Origin: Lama guanicoe
Lineage: Eukaryota
Assembly: GCA_013239625.1 (NCBI GenBank)
Contig: MU055269.1
Coordinates: 2,286,441-2,350,440, forward strand
Length of the DNA stretch: 64,000 nucleotides
Direction: 5' to 3'
Under the pieces are notes generated by a model. The model searched no databases. It was not told the DNA's origin and was given only the letters and a program-made list of their open reading frames with translations. Position numbers and translations under genes: made by a program. Shown here piece by piece: positions 23,091-37,500 of the stretch (its first letter is position 1; each line of letters begins with the position of its first letter).

Positions 23091-25924
23091 ACTAAAGCCG
23101 AAGTCAAAAATCAGTCTGATTAGCTCGGTCTGCCCCCATCACAGGGACGTCTCCCGACTCAAGGCCACGGGCTCCCAGTTCACTGTGTCCCACACTTCTT
23201 CCTGGAGGGCCTGATGGATACGATCTTCTGAGGTGCCCCGCAGACGCCCCCCCCAAACCACGTCCTGGTCATCTCTGACAGGGCCTGGAGTGTGGACGAC
23301 AAGCTGGGGTTCGCCCTGTTGACACAGACGCCCAGGCAGTGGTCAGGAGGTCCACCCAGGTCATCAGGGGCCCTGCTGTCCAGCCTTTATTTTTCACTTT
23401 CCGTGCTGCAGTGTCGTTGGGTGCCCGAGGCAGAAACCGCGCAGAGACCCGGCCTGGGAGGCTCTGTAGGGGGCGGTCTCCTCCTGGGCTGGGAGGACCT
23501 TTGCACCAGGATGGGGACGCGGGCACCGGGGCCCTCGGGAATGTCCCTCTAAACACACAGAGCTCGGAGCAGCTGTGAGCCCCCTGTCCTGGCGCACTGA
23601 GCAGCTGTCTCCTGAAGTGACTCACTCTGGTATCCCAGCTCACGGCTCCCTGAGGAGCTGTTAACCCAGAACACATCCATACGTCCAGAGGCACCAAAAC
23701 GGCTACTTTCCCAACTGTTCCGGTTGAGCCCTAGCTTCTAACTTGAAGCAGCGGCACAGAACAGATGCAAGGCGCCGTCGCTGTGGAAGCCACAAAATGC
23801 AGGAAAGCTTTACTCATTTGGTCTTCGATTTGCTGTTTTTCAACTCACGGTTTTTAACTTATTTTTTTTAACTCATCTACTTTTTCCATCAAGCAGTATC
23901 TCACAGATGACTGAGACTGTAGAAGGCACCGCACAACGCAGGTGACCACAGCCAACACTGTTCCAGGCCCTGTCTCTCCGGGGCAAGTCAACGTGGCAAA
24001 GTAAGGATGCGCAGACCCAGGGCAAGTCCTTCAGGGAGGGCGACCTGGATCAGAAGAGGAGAGGAAATCTGAAGTCGCGTCCTTCAGAGTCAAGGAACCC
24101 GTAAGGGGTACAGAGGCGGTGGTACAAACTAGGGAGACGTTATCCGATGCTCCAGCCCATTGCAGAAGGGACCCTGTTTCCGGAAAACCAAGAGAAGGCG
24201 ATGCTGTTTCCGAAAGCCCAGAAAACCTATGCAGGAGCTTGGCCCCCAAACTGAAATACACAGCACAGCTTTCCTCGAGTGGTCTTCGTAGGTTGTGGTT
24301 CTCTTCTGGTGGGAAGATGGTTTGGGTCTGCAGTGGTGGAACTTTTAGCCGGGGAAGCTTTGCGGATAAACAGTAACTCCAGACAAGGAACCCCGCTGGC
24401 CCTGCCTGTCCACTCCCAGGCCATCGGGCACCACTCAGAACCTCCGCTTCCTTCTGCAGAATATGCTCCAGTTCCCCTCCAAGCAGAGGTGCCGGGAAGC
24501 TGGAGAAAAAGGAGCAGACACTGGTACACCAGGTCGACCTGAGCCCTGGCCAGAGTCTCATTTTTGTTGATGGTATGAAATTGATTGTTGACTATCTGAA
24601 CAAAATTTCCATTTCTACTTTCTTGACACAGAGCGTGCTGATGTATGTTATCTGACAGGAGAACGTCTTGTCCCATCTCACGTGATAATGCACACAAGAC
24701 AGCAACACACCCGTTCCGTCTGTGGACCGTCAACCCCTCTCCATCTGGGTCGGGGCTGGAGGCGCCACACTGGCTGCTCGGTGTGCGGTCTGCTGGGCTC
24801 CGATCAAACGCAGATCCGGCATCTCTCCTCCCTGAAGCGGCCTCCACGGAAGAGCCAGGCTTTGGCTGCAAAGAGCAGCTTGTACTAGGGACAGCCAGTC
24901 TGGGGACCAGAGCTCCTGTCTGTCAAGTGAAGACAGGGGGGCCCATCCTGCAAGGGGGCTGCCTTACACTGACAGCCACAAACCAGGCTATGAGCTCAGT
25001 GCCTTAGGCAGAACCTCAGGTTTAAAGGACAGGGCCAGGCGTGCAGGCTGGCAGGAGGAAGGGTGAGAGGGAGCCATCCTTCCCAGCTCACACTGCACTT
25101 GGCTGGATGCCCCATCTGAGCCAGAGGGGCACGGGGCACCTGCGTGTCTCCGATGCAGCCAGGCCGCTCTCTGCAGAGAAGCTGGCCATGCTCTTGGGCC
25201 CGTGGCGCTGTGGAATTTGCCAGTGTGGGCCAGGGCTAAGAGGACCCTTCTTGTTTGTGGAATACTTTTGGCCCTGGCTCGCTGCTCCTGGGGTCAGCAG
25301 AGAGGGCCAGGAAACAAAGAGGCCCATGGTTGTGGCCCGTGGATTTGCTACGGCAGAAATTCTGCATCTATGAGAGGCATGCAGCCGCCCGCAGGCGACC
25401 CGCGGAGATTTCTTTAAAACTTCTCCACCAACGAATCTTATCAACCCACCCATCTCACACGAATGCCTCCTTTGTGCACCCAGAACATATAGTTTTTATT
25501 TGCTCGAAATAGCTCGCCCTTTGACCCCTCCCACAGTGGGGATGGGGTCACGGGAGAGGCAGCCCTGGGGCTCCACAGGGAGCCTACTCCTCAGGGGCCC
25601 GGTTTCTCCATCACACAACCAGGGTGACAGGCCACGCGCCCAGCTTCCCAAACATAGTCGGCGTCCAGACACTGAGATTCCCAGGAGCCCGAGACCCACG
25701 CGGCTCTGCTCCCTGTGCCGCCTCTGGGGGTTCTCCCGGTGACTCTGTGCTGACCGGGGGCAGGCCCGAGAGGGTGCGGGATTCCCCAAGAAAGTGGCCT
25801 CACAGGTACCCTAAGAACTGCTTTTCAGTGGAGAAATAAGCTGAAAAATGTACTCCCACCCCCAAGGCCAATTTTACACCCTGGTGCTAAGCAAGACAGT
25901 AGAGTTAAACTGAATTTGGCCTGC

Positions 25925-26145
25925 AGGACCGGAGTCCGCTGGGGTCAAACCCAGTGGGCTTTGATTCTTGGTTCTATCGTCTACGATGTGACCTTGAGCA
26001 CCTGATTTAACCTCTACGTCTCAGGTGCCTCCTCGTGTCATTGTTCTGACGAGCCCCTGTGGGACGCGTGACAGCATGTTCTGAGCACTGACGCCAGTGG
26101 GTGCTCAGCAGGGGCTTTTGCCGTTACTGTTGCTATTATTATGAT
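25925..26145 (+). mobile_element. MIR remnant
   Basis: tgtgaccttgagcacctgatttaacctctacgtctcagg core and a tattattat tail. Confidence 0.65.
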
Positions 26146-26193
26146 AGTTATAAAACTAGTCTGGGAATTCCTTGTGTAAGTTCCCATACATTA

Positions 26194-26297
26194 CATCCAC
26201 CTATCCATTTATCCACCCACCCGCTCACCCAGCCGTCACTCATCCACCCCATCTACCCACTCACCACCTACCCATCCACCCACCCATCCATCCATCT
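26194..26297. repeat. Degenerate (CCAT/CCAC)n repeat
   Basis: catccacctatccatttatccacccacc...cccatccatccatc. Confidence 0.85.
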
Positions 26298-26321
26298 AGC
26301 CAATGTTCATTTCATGCCTGT

Positions 26322-26740
26322 GTAGGTAGAATTCTAAGAATGGGCGCCCATAACCCTCACCCTTGTACATTGTCACGTTATACAGCAAAAGGAGGTTATC
26401 TGGGACTGTTGAACCAACCACGGGAGCCTTTGGAAGACAGAATTTGCTCCGGCTGGTGACAGGAGCTGGTCAGGGAGATTGTCACCCAAGCATGAGAAGG
26501 ATGGGGAGCATCGCTGCCGGCTTAAGAAAAGGAAGGACCATGGGTAGGGTCCAGAGAGTGGCCTCTAGGACCTGAGGGTGACCCCAGCTGACAGCCAGCA
26601 AGGAAACGGGACTGCACCCCTGGAACGACTCAGGGCTGAATTCTGCCAGCAACCTGTGCGCACCTGGAGGTGGACTTCCCCCAGACTGCAGGTGAGGGCT
26701 GACCTGGCCGGCACCTTGATGGCAGTAGGGTAACAGAGGC
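26322..26740 (+). mobile_element. MaLR (MLT1-type) solo LTR
   Basis: tgtaggtagaattctaagaatgg...cccagctgacagccagcaaggaaacgggact...ctgaattctgccagcaacctg. Confidence 0.8.
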
Positions 26741-27780
26741 AATCTTGTCAGTGGGAGGGCCTCGGGCGGGGCACGGCCCTGGCTGTGGGGTGAGAAGGAA
26801 TTAGCCAGACGGGAGGGGCTGGGGCTCCGGGCAGAGCTGGGGGTGGGGGCGGGTGGCAGGCCGAGCGTGGGCTCGCTGGCTGCTGCCAAGGCCATGAAAA
26901 GGGTTTGTTCTTTGTTCCAAAAGTGTGCGGTGCCACGGGGGGCTCTTTAAACTCAGAAGCAGCATAATCAAATTGACATTTTCAGAAAGTCCCTCTGGCT
27001 CTGCTGAGAAGAGTGGGCACCTGAGACCAGCAGAGACATCACGGGGCAGCCCAGGCGAGGGAGGTCGGCCTCCTGGGCGGGGGTCTGCGGACGGGGCAGG
27101 GGCCCAGTGCGGATCTCTGAGAGCTTTAGGGGATAAACATTAGGACTGGGCACAGAGGGAGAGAGAGGGTGTCATGAGAGGTCAACACCCGGGAGCCAGA
27201 AGTGCCTGTTCGTGGCCCCCATGCCCGACCCACAGATGAGAAACTGGGGGGTGAGGGCAGTGTCTGTGTGTGAACAGCCATCCAGGGGACTCGGAACACA
27301 GAGCACCTGGCAGCTTTCCATGTAATGTTTCTCAAGTGCAGGACGTTTTATGACAAGCGGGGCTTTTCCTTTGCGTTCTGTACTGAGCAGGAATCAATGT
27401 GGATTCGCCAGCAGCTGGCCTCCACGCCAGCGATGCAGAAGGTGTTGCACACGACTCCCTAGACCCAATCTGGGCCACCTGTGGTGTCACAGCCCCTGGG
27501 CTGAGAATGCGCTTTCCTTCTTAAGTGGTTAAAAAAGAGAAAAAAAACAACTAGGATTTCACAACACATAAATAAAGTTTCACCAGCACACAGCCTCACT
27601 TGTGTGCTGACAAAATCATCTTTGGCTACTTCTGGGCTCCCAGGGCAGAGCAGAGTCAGCACGATGGGGACCGTGGGGTCCGCAGAGCCTGCAGCGTCGA
27701 CCACCTGCCCCTTTACAGAAGACGTCTGCTGACCTCCTTGGGCTACAGTGTAGATCTAAGCTCTAAGAACAGGAGAAACC

Positions 27781-27884
27781 GGAGGAACAGGGGTCAGTGT
27801 AACAGTAACAGGGTAACAGGAGGAACAGGAGTTACAGGGGCCAGTGTAACAGTAACAGGGTAACAGGAGGAACGGGAGCCAGTG
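27781..27884. repeat. Minisatellite, about 2 copies, 47-bp period
   Basis: acagggg(t/c)cagtgtaacagtaacagggtaacaggaggaac at 27787 and 27834. Confidence 0.9.
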
Positions 27885-30800
27885 CAGCCTTACCAGGAGA
27901 CCTGAGGGTTAACGCCACGCAGCGTCACGAGAAGCAGAGTCTGAGAGTCTACCACGCAGGAAAGAACTCACTTTTTGTACCTACGGTGCAAGTGACTATA
28001 GTAAGATGTTCTCTGTACCACTGAAGCTTTGGGACTTGACATGGAAGGTGGTTTTAAAAAGCACACTTAGTTTTAATTTCATGAATGAAACTAATGACAG
28101 CTGTTTTCAAACAAGAAGATGGATGTGTCAAAGGGAACACAGCCCCCAGGATACGGTACAGTCGGTCACACCCGGGCCACCCGGGAACCTCCGCGGGGAC
28201 CCAGGGGGTGGGGCGCAAGGGCCCGGACTCACAAGGTGATGGGGAACGGGCGAACGGCGTGGCTTAATCTGACTGGACGGCTGCGAGGGCAGAGCCGTCT
28301 CTAAGAGATGCGCAGATCAGGTAGCAGCGGTGAAGCCTCCACCCCTGAGCAGCTGGAGCAAGGAAAGGGCCAGAAGGAGACTCGGAGCAAAGCTGCACCT
28401 TCCCGGCCACCAGAGTAAACGTCTTACGGGTGACCCTGTCAGACCCAGGACGCCTGAGTTCAGAGAACGCCCATCACGCGCGATCACTTGTCTGAGCCTG
28501 TGCGACCTTCTCTTGCACTTGACTTTCATTCCCCTTCGAACAGGTAAAGGCTCTGATCCTTGAGGAAGCTGCTCATTTATACAAAAGTCACACACACGTG
28601 GTAAGGTCCAGCTACCCGTGTGAACATGCACCTAACTCACCCTCACACTTCCCTGTACGTCTTTAAGAAGCGAAAGCTGGAGTTGTCTCATGTTATCTTT
28701 CTTCCTCCCTTGCAATTCTGAGGTTTGTTAGCTAAATAATCAGGTGCTATTAGACTGTTTCTTTTGGAGGAATTACCGATGACAGACATGCAGAAAACCA
28801 AACAGATCAGGGCCGCAGACCCTGCATTATTAATTGGCAACCAGTAAACACTGTGAAATTCCTAGTAGCCGTGGAATCGCCAAAAGTCAGCCTGGAGTTC
28901 GGCCCTGCGGAGACGCAGACGCGCCGCTGGTTCACAAGGAAACGGGCATGCCCGTTGCTTTCTGTGACCTCCCTGGGCTTTTTGTGGAATGTGTGAATAT
29001 TCAGTATTTGCTTGCAGTTGTTACAAAGTAAAGAAAGGTGAGGGACGTGTGCAGAAAGTGGTGTGTTTTGCGATCCTCTCAGCCAAGGACACAGATGCCA
29101 GAAGCCGTGTCCTCGGTCTTCAGAAAAACGTGACCTTTGGTCTCAGTTGCTTTGCTTTCCTCAAAGAAAGAGGGTCCGCGATTACCTGGTTTTGGCGGGT
29201 GTCCTTCCTCTGAGCTCAAACAGAAACTCACGTTTAACCAACACACACTCCTAAAGACATTTACCCCATTTCATGAGTATTTGGAGGACGCTCTGACATT
29301 TGTTACTGGGAAAACTAGTCAGAAGCGTTCGCCTTTTCACTGACTCTCTTTTGGCGGGACAGGCGTAGTTGACGGCTCACAGTGGGAAAAATGATCGATA
29401 CATTTCTACCGGGCGTTTCCGTAAGCGGGAGCGTTATTTTTAGAGCTGCTCTGGGGACAGTTGCAGATCTGTCCTGTGCACTCTCTGTCCCTGGAAGCGG
29501 CAGAAACAATGGTGTCAAATGTCTAGAGCAGGGATGGGCTTCTCACACAATGCCTGCTTTTCACAAGCGGCCTCCCAGCTCCGAGGAAGGGCCAGCCCCG
29601 TACCAGCCAGTGTTAGCTGCTGCCCTTTTTAGGGATAAAAATAACTTGAAGACTCTGCAAGTGAAGAAATATTCAGTGAAAGACGTAAAAAAAACCCTCA
29701 GCCGATAAAACATGATTTTTCAGATGAAGAAAAGGTGATGTTTTAATTAGATTAACAGAAAAAAAGGAAAAGTTCCAAGATACCAGCTATAAAGACAGCT
29801 GCAGGGACGCTCTTTGCTGGCTGTGCTCCTTGTTTTAGTGAAGTGCATGCTAACATGTGAATGGTTTTTCAGTTTATTTTCTTGTTTAGAAATCGTTTTG
29901 AGGCAATTTATCAAGATCATATATAATCAGACACAGCTCACATTTTATAGGGTATTTGACTAAAGAAACGGAAAATATTCCATGTCTACTCAGGCAGTGG
30001 GGTCGACTCTTTAAAAGATTTATTTATGAAAATTCTAACTTAATCACAATGGGTGCTTATAACATTTTTATGTTTTGTTGCATGAACCTTGAATAAATTG
30101 ATAATTTCATAAGGAAATTATCCCAACCAGAAAGTCAACATTTGCACATCGTGGAAATAAATCCACGCACACAGATACGGATGTGTGCGTATTACAGAGT
30201 TCTCCAAAGCTGAAGAAAAATTGATCTCCTTGAATCTCACTGTGACATATTAAATTTTCACCACAGAGACAATTAGGGCTCATTTCCTACAAGTTCTGGG
30301 TAATTTCCGACGGGTCCTGGTTACTGAAGACTCTGAAGGACACAGCTGCATGACGTCACCTTCTGGGTGCAGGCGCAGGCCCCCGGGCACCTTGGTGGTG
30401 CGGCTGCCTCGCTCACCGGCGATCACCAAGCCTGCATCCCTCACAGGCGGGCTGGAGGGGGCTGCAGCATCCCTTCTGGCCTGAACCTCTGCAAGCGTCT
30501 AAATGCAGCGTGCGAAGTGCCATCCGTAGAGGGTGGCTGATGGAATATGAAGCCTTTAATCTCCAGGCATACTCTGCACACTGTGATGCGCTGAGCTAGT
30601 GCTCGGTGCTGGGATGTGAGGGCTGTCAGCTGACCCCAGTGCTTTCCAAGAGCACTCTGAGCAGAGTGAGAAGGGACGCAGACCTCGGGGAGGCTGCTCT
30701 GGCCACAGCTGTCTAGAGCCCGTGTCAATGTGCGCCACCCTTACGCCCAAACGTTTGGGGGCCAGAATCTCACACGTCAACCGGCCCAGTCCCCAAGGTC

Positions 30801-31942
30801 TCCTGGATCCTGTCCCAGCAACCCTACCCGACCTTCCCTGAGCCCGACTCCTGCTCACACCACGTGCACCCCCACTTCCGCATTCTCGACTCTGCTGCCC
30901 CCATCCGCCCTTGGGGCGTGCAAGTCCCCCCTCCTTCAGGGAGTGAATCCACTCCCTGGATGCTGGTGGTCTTGGCCTGTGTTTAAATGCTGAGTCCTTA
31001 CTACGCCGCCCAGTTTCAAGTCCCGGTGACGGACGCAGTTCATGGTGCTAACCTTGACCACTGCTCGTGACCACCTTGGACAGGGAGGGCCCCGGGGCCC
31101 CGTGGACGCTGCAGGACTCAGCACATCGCCGAAGCCCATGCATGCAGACAGGCTGCTGGGCTGGTGAGTGCAGCATTGTGAGGGAGGGAAGGTCGGGACG
31201 GCGGTTCTGTGTGACCTGGGAGCATCGTGGGAGTGGCTGCGACCTGGGAAAACGTTTGAAAAGGCAAGTGCGAGGAGCCAGGGCTGACCTGGCCATCGCG
31301 GCTCCTTCGCATCTGTGGCCACTGCCTGGACTCTGGCTCTGCAGCCTCATCCTGGACGGGCTGCTCCCCCAAGGTCCATCCTCTCAGACCCTCCAGGTCA
31401 GAGGCTCCATCAGCCATGCTGAGGACCCTGGGTTCTGCCCACGGCTGATGGGCAAAGACCAAACTAACGTCGCATTCAAACTCCTTCTTTGACTGCTCTC
31501 CGAGTGTCAGGTCCACCCTGCCTTCCCACAGCCCTGCCGCCACGGCACAGCGTCCACCCTCCGCCGCCTGCCAAGGGCCCGGCCTCCTGCCACAGGGCTG
31601 CTCGTGGGGACACGGCCGCACTTGTCCGGCATCCCAGGGTCAGCTCAGAGGCCATGTCCCCCGAGGCCTTCCAGAGGCTCTGGACTCTGCCCCTGCTCAG
31701 CACTGTCCCCCAGAGGGCCTCTCGGGGGCCTCGACGCACTGACCGCCCCACTGCTGGGCTGTGTTCACTGCCCCCGCCTGCAGAAGCCCCACCAGGATGG
31801 TGCTCACCCCTTAGGGCACCCAGGGATTCTCCTGTGTGCAGACAAAATCAGATCAAGTTAAACTTAACTTGTAAAAGCAGAAGAAAGACATTCATTAAAA
31901 AGAGTTGTGATTTTTTTTCTTTTAAAAGAAATTTGTGGGGGT

Positions 31943-32040
31943 GGGGAGTGTAGCTCAGTTGTAGAGTGCGTGCTTGGTGTGCACGAGGTCCTGGGTTCAA
32001 TCCCCAGTGCTTCTGTTAAGGGGAAAAAAATTTAAAAACA
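31943..32040 (+). mobile_element. tRNA-derived SINE (camelid Vic-1-like)
   Basis: ggggagtgtagctcagttgtagagtgcgtgcttggtgtgcacgaggtcctgggttcaatccccagt plus an A tail. Confidence 0.9.
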
Positions 32041-33339
32041 CATTTAAAAGCCATAAAAATGGGATCAAGGCCATGTGTGACATGTCCAGTCAGCAAGTCC
32101 ACAGACCGAACGCAGCTCAGTGAGAAAAGACGCCGACTGTCACGGTTAGGATGAAAGCTCTAGCAGGTGTCTCTTCTGTCTGCACTTGGAAGGGTGATCC
32201 TTCCTGCGACCTCCCTGCCCCCGGGGGGGACTCGCTCCCTCGACAAGACGCTGATGGGGCTGCACCCTGTGCTCCTCCCGCTTCACAGCTTCTCGGCGCC
32301 GCTCACCTGCGCTCCGGCCTCCGTACAGCCGGGGGTGCCAGCAGTGAAGGCCAGGCAGGGACAGGTCCTCGGAGCTGACTTATGGTTAAGGAAGTGGGCT
32401 CCACGCCGAGGAGAAGAAGGAAAGGAAGAGAGCCGAGCTTCCTCCTTGCAGACCCCTGTGTGAGTCTCACTCGCACCTGCCCCCGGCCCCCCAGGGCCCC
32501 GCGTCACAGGCACCCGCATGCCCGGTTCACAGGAGTCAGCACCAGGGCTCAGCGGGGTCAGACCGAAAAGCACACGCTTATTAAGCAGCAGAGTCAGGAC
32601 TGGGACCCAGGTCAGAGGTCATGTCCGCGCGGCAGGCCTTTCTGTTTTGTTCACTGCTGCCCTTCCACGCTGAGACCGTGCCTGGGGCATAGAAATCGCT
32701 CGGCCAACATCTGGAGGATGAGTAATCCTCATTTCAAAATAATAGAACAATCCCTGTGCGAGGCCTTACGAAGACAGAGAGCTTAACAGTCCGGTCCCTG
32801 TTTCAACCCTGCCGAAGCAAAGGCTGGTTTTGTTTTCTGTCTCCTGAAGTTCCTGCAAGTTTAGAGTAAAAGCTGCCTGAGGGGCCTCCGAGGGGCTCGT
32901 GAGGTATCAGAAGCACGCGTCACTGGTTGACTAGGGGCCGAGGGAGGCCAGCTTCTGTAGCCACGGAAACAAGGGCTGGTCCCCTCTCCTGCTAAGAGCC
33001 TAGCGGCCGCCGCTGAGGGTCTTATCAGACTGACGCCAGGAGCAGCCAGCCGCCAGGCTTCCCTGCGCCACGCTGTTCTGGCGTTGCTGCCCCTCTCCTG
33101 ACTTCGAGGAGTCACCTGCCCTCAAAGCACGACTCGTCCCTGGAGACATCTCCAGACTTGGAGCCACAGAGTCACGGGGACGAACCTGGCGGAGAAAACG
33201 CCTCTGCCGCCTCCAGGGCTGCGCTAAGGAGAGGCAGTCGCAAAAACAAAACAGATTTGGAAACTGCAGATAGTTTTTTATAATTTTGAAGACACTAACG
33301 TTCTGAAACACAGAGGTAGCATTCTATTTATATATATTT

Positions 33340-33510
33340 TTTAATTAAAAAAATTTTCTTTTAAAACTTTTTTCTTTTTGTTTCTTAAAAATATTTTCAA
33401 CGGCAGTGAGGTAATTTTAGGTTTATTTGTTTATTTTTTTGAAAACAGAGGGACTGGGGATTGACCCCAGGACCTCGTGCACGCTAGGCACGCGCTCCAC
33501 CCTGCCCCGC
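33340..33510 (-). mobile_element. tRNA-derived SINE (camelid Vic-1-like) with AT-rich tail
   Basis: gaggtaattttaggtttatttgttt...ggggattgaccccaggacctcgtgcacgctaggcacgcgctc. Confidence 0.85.
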
Positions 33511-34483
33511 TTCATTTCCGTTTTCCGTGTCAGCTCGCTGACCCCTCCACCTCCGCGCCTCGCGGGGCCTACAGCCGGCTGCAGCGTTGCTCTGCGCACG
33601 GGGCAGCTCTCTCGACGCTGCGCCCCAGCCGCACAGACCCCTCCGGCTCCGGCTGAACAGAAGCCTCTATCTGAATGGCCTGGAAGGCCCCGCGGGTGAG
33701 AGGCTGACGGCAGTTTCGGACAGGATTTCAAGGAGTATCGCTCTACAAGTGAGTCAAAGTGCGGCGGGTCCCTCCAGGCGTCTAAACCTCTGCAGGGCGG
33801 GTGTGGAACCCCAGGAACGTGGGGCAAAGTGCTCCTGGGGTTGGGGCCGCTCTTTGCGGCCCATGTGCCTGGGACGGCCTTGGACCCGGCTGCCGAGGCA
33901 GACCCGCACCCTCCCTCCCGGCTGCGGGGCAGCTAATGGTTTTGAAACTTTCCTCTCTGTCCTCCTGCTGTCCCCAGCCTGAGGGCAGCCTGAGCGGGTC
34001 CCTCCCCCTCACCATCTCAGGTGTCTTCTTTAATTCAGCGTCAGTGAAGATGAGTGAGAACGAGGCTGAGGACTGGACAGCATCCCAAAGCCCGAGGCAG
34101 CCCCCTGGGCACCCGAGAAGCCTGACCGTGCAGCCCAAGAGGGCGGCGCCGGGGGTCTTCCCCAGCCCTTTCCAGGGACCCCAGCCCAGCAGTGGAAGTA
34201 CGCGCCCCCGGGCCCCCCTCGGAGACGGCTCTCCTTCTGCTCCTCCTGAGACCACCACCACCCTCTCATCTTCAGTTATGGGCAAACAACTGGCTGCAAA
34301 GAAACTTCCAGAAATCTCCTGCCAACGACACTCAGCTGGCACAGCTGTGGGTGGCTGTCCTCGCTCACAAATGAAGACCAGGGGTCCCATGGTTCCCACC
34401 AGCCGGGCCTGCAGACTGGCAGAAGGCTCCCCCGGGGTGGGGACGTGGCGTGTCCCCTCCCCACCCCCCGTCCTGCCTGGCTC

Positions 34484-34598
34484 TGTGTGTGGCTCTGTGA
34501 GTGTGCGTATGGCATGTTGGAGTGCGTGAGTGTATCAGGGTCTGTGTACGTAGGTGATTGTGTGTGTGTGTGTGTGTGTGTGTGTATGGGTGTGTGAG
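34484..34598. repeat. (GT)n microsatellite with degenerate flank
   Basis: Pure GT run at about 34559-34585. Confidence 0.9.
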
Positions 34599-37500
34599 TC
34601 AAAGTCCATTTCTCTGGGGCTGGAGCAGCATGTGTTTTCATAAAGATGGACGAAATGTTCACTGGGATTCCCCAGGGACCTCAAGGAATCGGAGTAGTTG
34701 CTGCGTGAACACTAGGACTGGTGTCATCACCTGGATGGAAGGCCTGTGACCCCGCCCCCCATCTGCAGCAAATCACATGTCAATACAGTCTCACCTTCCA
34801 GTGATGGGACCCCTGGTTATGACATTGGTCCACAGCATCTTTGATTCTTTATAAAGATTTTAGAAAAAGAAGGAAGACATTAAGACATACTTTTTGTTTC
34901 AAAGCAGTTTAGATACAAATTTTCAGCTAGAGGTAAATTTTCAAACTAATTAAGACAGCGTATAAAATTCAACCATCCAGGAAGAATCCTTGCTGCTAAG
35001 AGACAGGAACAAAAGCGGGAGGAGGGCCTTCTCGTGTGAATTTTACGTGACCTGGAAAATGACTGGATTGTAGCCCTGAAATTAAAACGTTTAACACAAC
35101 AGTCCAAGTGTAGGACTCCTCGGTGACGTGGATTCACGTCGGGCCCACCTGCTGGGAGCGACGCGGACACCACCCGCTGCCTGCCACCTCTCCAGTGAGA
35201 AATTAAGTCGGCCAGCACTGTGTCTCACCCACGAGCCACTGCCGTCACAGCTCAGGGGCTGCGAGGTCGCCCACAGGAACCAATGCGGGGCTGCGAGCGC
35301 GCGCCTGCCCGGCTCTGCCCGGGGCGTGGCCGCCGGTGAGGGCCCTCGGGCTCGGGGGCCATAGGCCGGGGGGACTGAGGACGAGGCAGTGCCCGGCCTC
35401 ACGGCCAGTTCAGGCTGGCCTGAGGTGGAAGCTGGGAATGGGGACTCTTCCTGATGGAAACCAAAGCTGGGTGCTTTTAAGCTGGGGACCCCAGAGGCTC
35501 ACTGACCCCGAGCATGGCAGCGGTTTGTGGGGGGGTCCGGAGAGGGGCGAGGGGGACTCTGCGTCCCCAGGCCTCAGCGGGCACACGGGGCCGCCCGCTG
35601 ACCAACCCCACGCGGCTGCTGCTTGTGCCCATGTGCGGCCTGCATTCCCCTTTTGTTCTGGAAACCGTTCAGTTGTCCTATTGTGACTCTGTTGGCCTCA
35701 AGTGACTCTCAGCAGCTCATTCTAATCTGAAGGCCGGGGCCGGGGTGGGGGTAAACGCACGGGCGGCCAGCTGGAGGCCTCGGCGACTCGGCCTCACCAG
35801 GGCCGGCCCTGCTGGTGCCCCAGCCAGCTCGCCAGGGGCATCGCTCCCCCCGGAGGAGCCTTTGCTGGACCACAGCCCTCATCCCGGTCGGTCTCGGAAT
35901 TGCAGGTGCCCAGGCGCCCCCCACTCTGACCCCGGCTCCTCCCACCTGTGCACCCTGTGCTCAGCAGCGGCCCAGGTGCAGAACTTCTCAGGAGTAAAGA
36001 GCTCAGGCCTTAGGACACTGGGGGGCATCTCTGGGGGAAATCAGCAGTTTGCAAAGGTGTCTTAGCGAGAGGAGGGGACGGGGCCGCAGGGGGAGGCGGC
36101 TCCGTCACTGGCAGATGCTGACTAAGCTCGTTCGAGGGCCAGGCCGGGCCCCGCCCCGACGCAAGCTTTATAAAATAACCCCCCCGCACACACATATGTT
36201 TCCACCTACTTAAATATATGTGACAACATGTATTATTTATATATTATTAACACAATATATTATATTTTATATGTTATACACATTATACTCATGTCTTTAG
36301 TATGAACACTTTCCCTGAACATTAAACACAGACGATTCTCTCTCCTTTCTCTGGGCGATGAATCAGCGACTCCTCGTGGGATTCTGCCCTGCACCTGCAA
36401 CGAGCACGCGGCTTAGCCCCGCGAGGGGCCGTGGCTGAAGCAGCGAGGGGCGCGCTCACGACCCCGTGGCCCTGCAGAGCGGCACCAGCGTCCACCTCAC
36501 GCTGTGGTGCTCTCGTCCCGTCTCTCTGGCTCTGGAGACGTGGGTCGCGTCTGGAAGGAACCACCGTGGCTCTGGGAAGAGCAGGGGTGCCCTCTCCTGG
36601 AGACGTCTTTGTCGGTGTGACTGGGGCGACCTCAGGCTTCCCCTCACTGCAACCGAGTTCCCCGCGCCTGTTTCTCCCCGGGACTGGTGAGTTCGCGCGG
36701 GTGGGCGTCCCCGTGCTTCCTGCCTGGATTTCAGACGACGAAGACAGCCTGTGCCACGTGTGTGGGTGTGAGGTTCCAAAAAACCCCAGTAACTGTCCCA
36801 CCGCCAAACACTCTGGCTCCCCAAAGCTCACACAGCCCATGGTTCTGTAGGCTCGCGAGCCCTGGAACGTTTTTAGGTGACCGGGCAAACCTGGAGTGTC
36901 AGCACCCTCGGTCAGAGAGAAATTACTGAGAAATTTACCAGCGTGCTCTAGTGAGTTATTCGCTCAGATCCAAACACTTCGGGGAAAGTTTCCCTGGAGA
37001 TGAAAAAGTAAATAAAACTTCCTACGTGCACTGCTGAGTCAGTGACGGGCTCTGCCTTCCCGGTTCCGAGGAAGTTCTCCCGCGCCCCCGGTTCTTCCAA
37101 CATGCGGACGAAGTGAGTAACCAGGGGCCCCAAGAGCACCAGCAAACGGCTGCTGGTGACTCAGATGTTTCCTGGAGCATCACGAAGGCGTGGCTTCCGA
37201 TCACACGCAGGGAATTCCTGTCTTGTCAGGAGGAGGCCTCTCTGTAAGGCGGGAGGGACCTGCTGACTCTCCCTGGGGTGACAGGTGTCAACCCTTCAGA
37301 ACTGAAAAAGAATTCTCAGATTTCCTCCAAGACGGTACGGTCAGGATTGACAGCCAGGATTATTTTAGCTTTGTTTCTCCTCATCGTTCTGCACCTTCAG
37401 GCTGGGGCAGCTTTGGACCCCAGGGGAGCACTGGGAGGGTGCGACAATCAAGTTCAAAAGCAGACGCCGGCCAGCTGGGCAGGGCCCCTCATCTGTGTGA

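Noticed and set aside
31943-32015. tRNA-like sequence with A and B boxes
   Set aside because: It is a SINE head with an A-rich tail and four related copies in the window, not a tRNA gene.
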